A stretch of DNA of 26,464 bases, taken from positions 1 to 26,464 of the IMG/VR virus record IMGVR_UViG_3300032267_000041; one strand, written 5' to 3'. This document shows positions 26,108 to 26,464 of the stretch, one piece after another. The stretch is from a virus. Its lineage: Duplodnaviria; Caudoviricetes. The translations under genes and the position numbers were made by a program. How positions within the stretch are numbered: position 1 is the stretch's first letter; every line of letters starts with the position of its first letter. Under the pieces are notes generated by a model, which saw only the letters and a program-made list of their open reading frames with translations, ran no database searches and was not told the DNA's origin.

Positions 26108-26464
26108 TTAACTATTTCTCGCTTTACGAACTTTATTCAATTTAACGTCAGATACAAATTTAAATTGAGTAGGTTTATATTTAATATTTCTACTCTCTAA
26201 TAATTTAATATAACCCTTAGAAAAACTAGTTTTATATTTAATCTCGCCAGTACTAGATTTAGATTTACTAAAATTGTACTTATTAAACTCATATAAAATT
26301 GGATAAACTGCCTTATGACTTTCAACGAACTCAATAAATTTAAAATATTGATTTGTTTCAAGTGATACGTTTTTAACAAAATTAACTAATGCGTCAGTAA
26401 ATTCTACGTATCTATACAGAACTTCGGGCTTAACATTACCCTTAAAAATTCTAATTTCTATTGT
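26108..26464 (-). CDS. putative amidoligase (COOH-NH2 ligase fold), C-terminal part, truncated by window edge
   Basis: Not in ORF track; open frame of 118 codons from the window edge, TIEIRIFKGNVKPEVLYRYVEFTDALVNFVK...FIEFVESHKAVYPILYEF; TIExR.F.G is the characteristic C-terminal motif of Amidoligase_2-type proteins. Confidence 0.65.
   Translation of the reverse strand, partial: TIEIRIFKGNVKPEVLYRYVEFTDALVNFVKNVSLETNQYFKFIEFVESHKAVYPILYEFNKYNFSKSKSSTGEIKYKTSFSKGYIKLLESRNIKYKPTQFKFVSDVKLNKVRKARNS

Noticed and set aside
25903-26379. Track ORFs 25903..26145 (+) and 26197..26379 (-)
   Set aside because: Better explained by the minus-strand ORFs 25923-26099 and 26108-26464 in other frames
1-26464. 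Repeated T7-style ~23-bp phage RNA polymerase promoters, tRNA genes, introns or inteins
   Set aside because: None found by eye and core genes have normal lengths; motif and tRNA scans would be needed to exclude them

Overview
AT-rich segment of a T7-like podophage (Autographiviridae-type gene order; the low GC and protein style suggest a pelagiphage-like aquatic phage, which is inference only). The + strand carries the end of the exonuclease gene, a DUF3310/gp1.7-like gene and small genes, then the morphogenesis block: gp6.7-like protein, portal, scaffold, major capsid, tail tubes A and B, internal virion proteins gp13-16 (gp16 with an N-terminal pesticin-type muramidase) and a repeat-rich tail fibre. 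Small genes, an HNH gene, a holin and both terminase subunits follow. The main finding is a tightly packed cassette directly after the tail fibre (17458-20823): a short second fibre protein ending in NTNCNCNCC-stop, an unknown 245-aa protein with a beta-rich end, a 2OG-Fe(II) oxygenase-like protein, a radical SAM/SPASM enzyme, and an uncalled 38-aa CxC-rich peptide. This looks like RiPP-style maturation machinery aimed at a virion tail-fibre tip. After the terminase are short repeats, a convergent minus-strand gene cluster (including a truncated amidoligase-like gene the ORF track missed) and a ~240-nt non-coding block with nested inverted repeats. No database searches were run, so family calls come from motif recognition and synteny.
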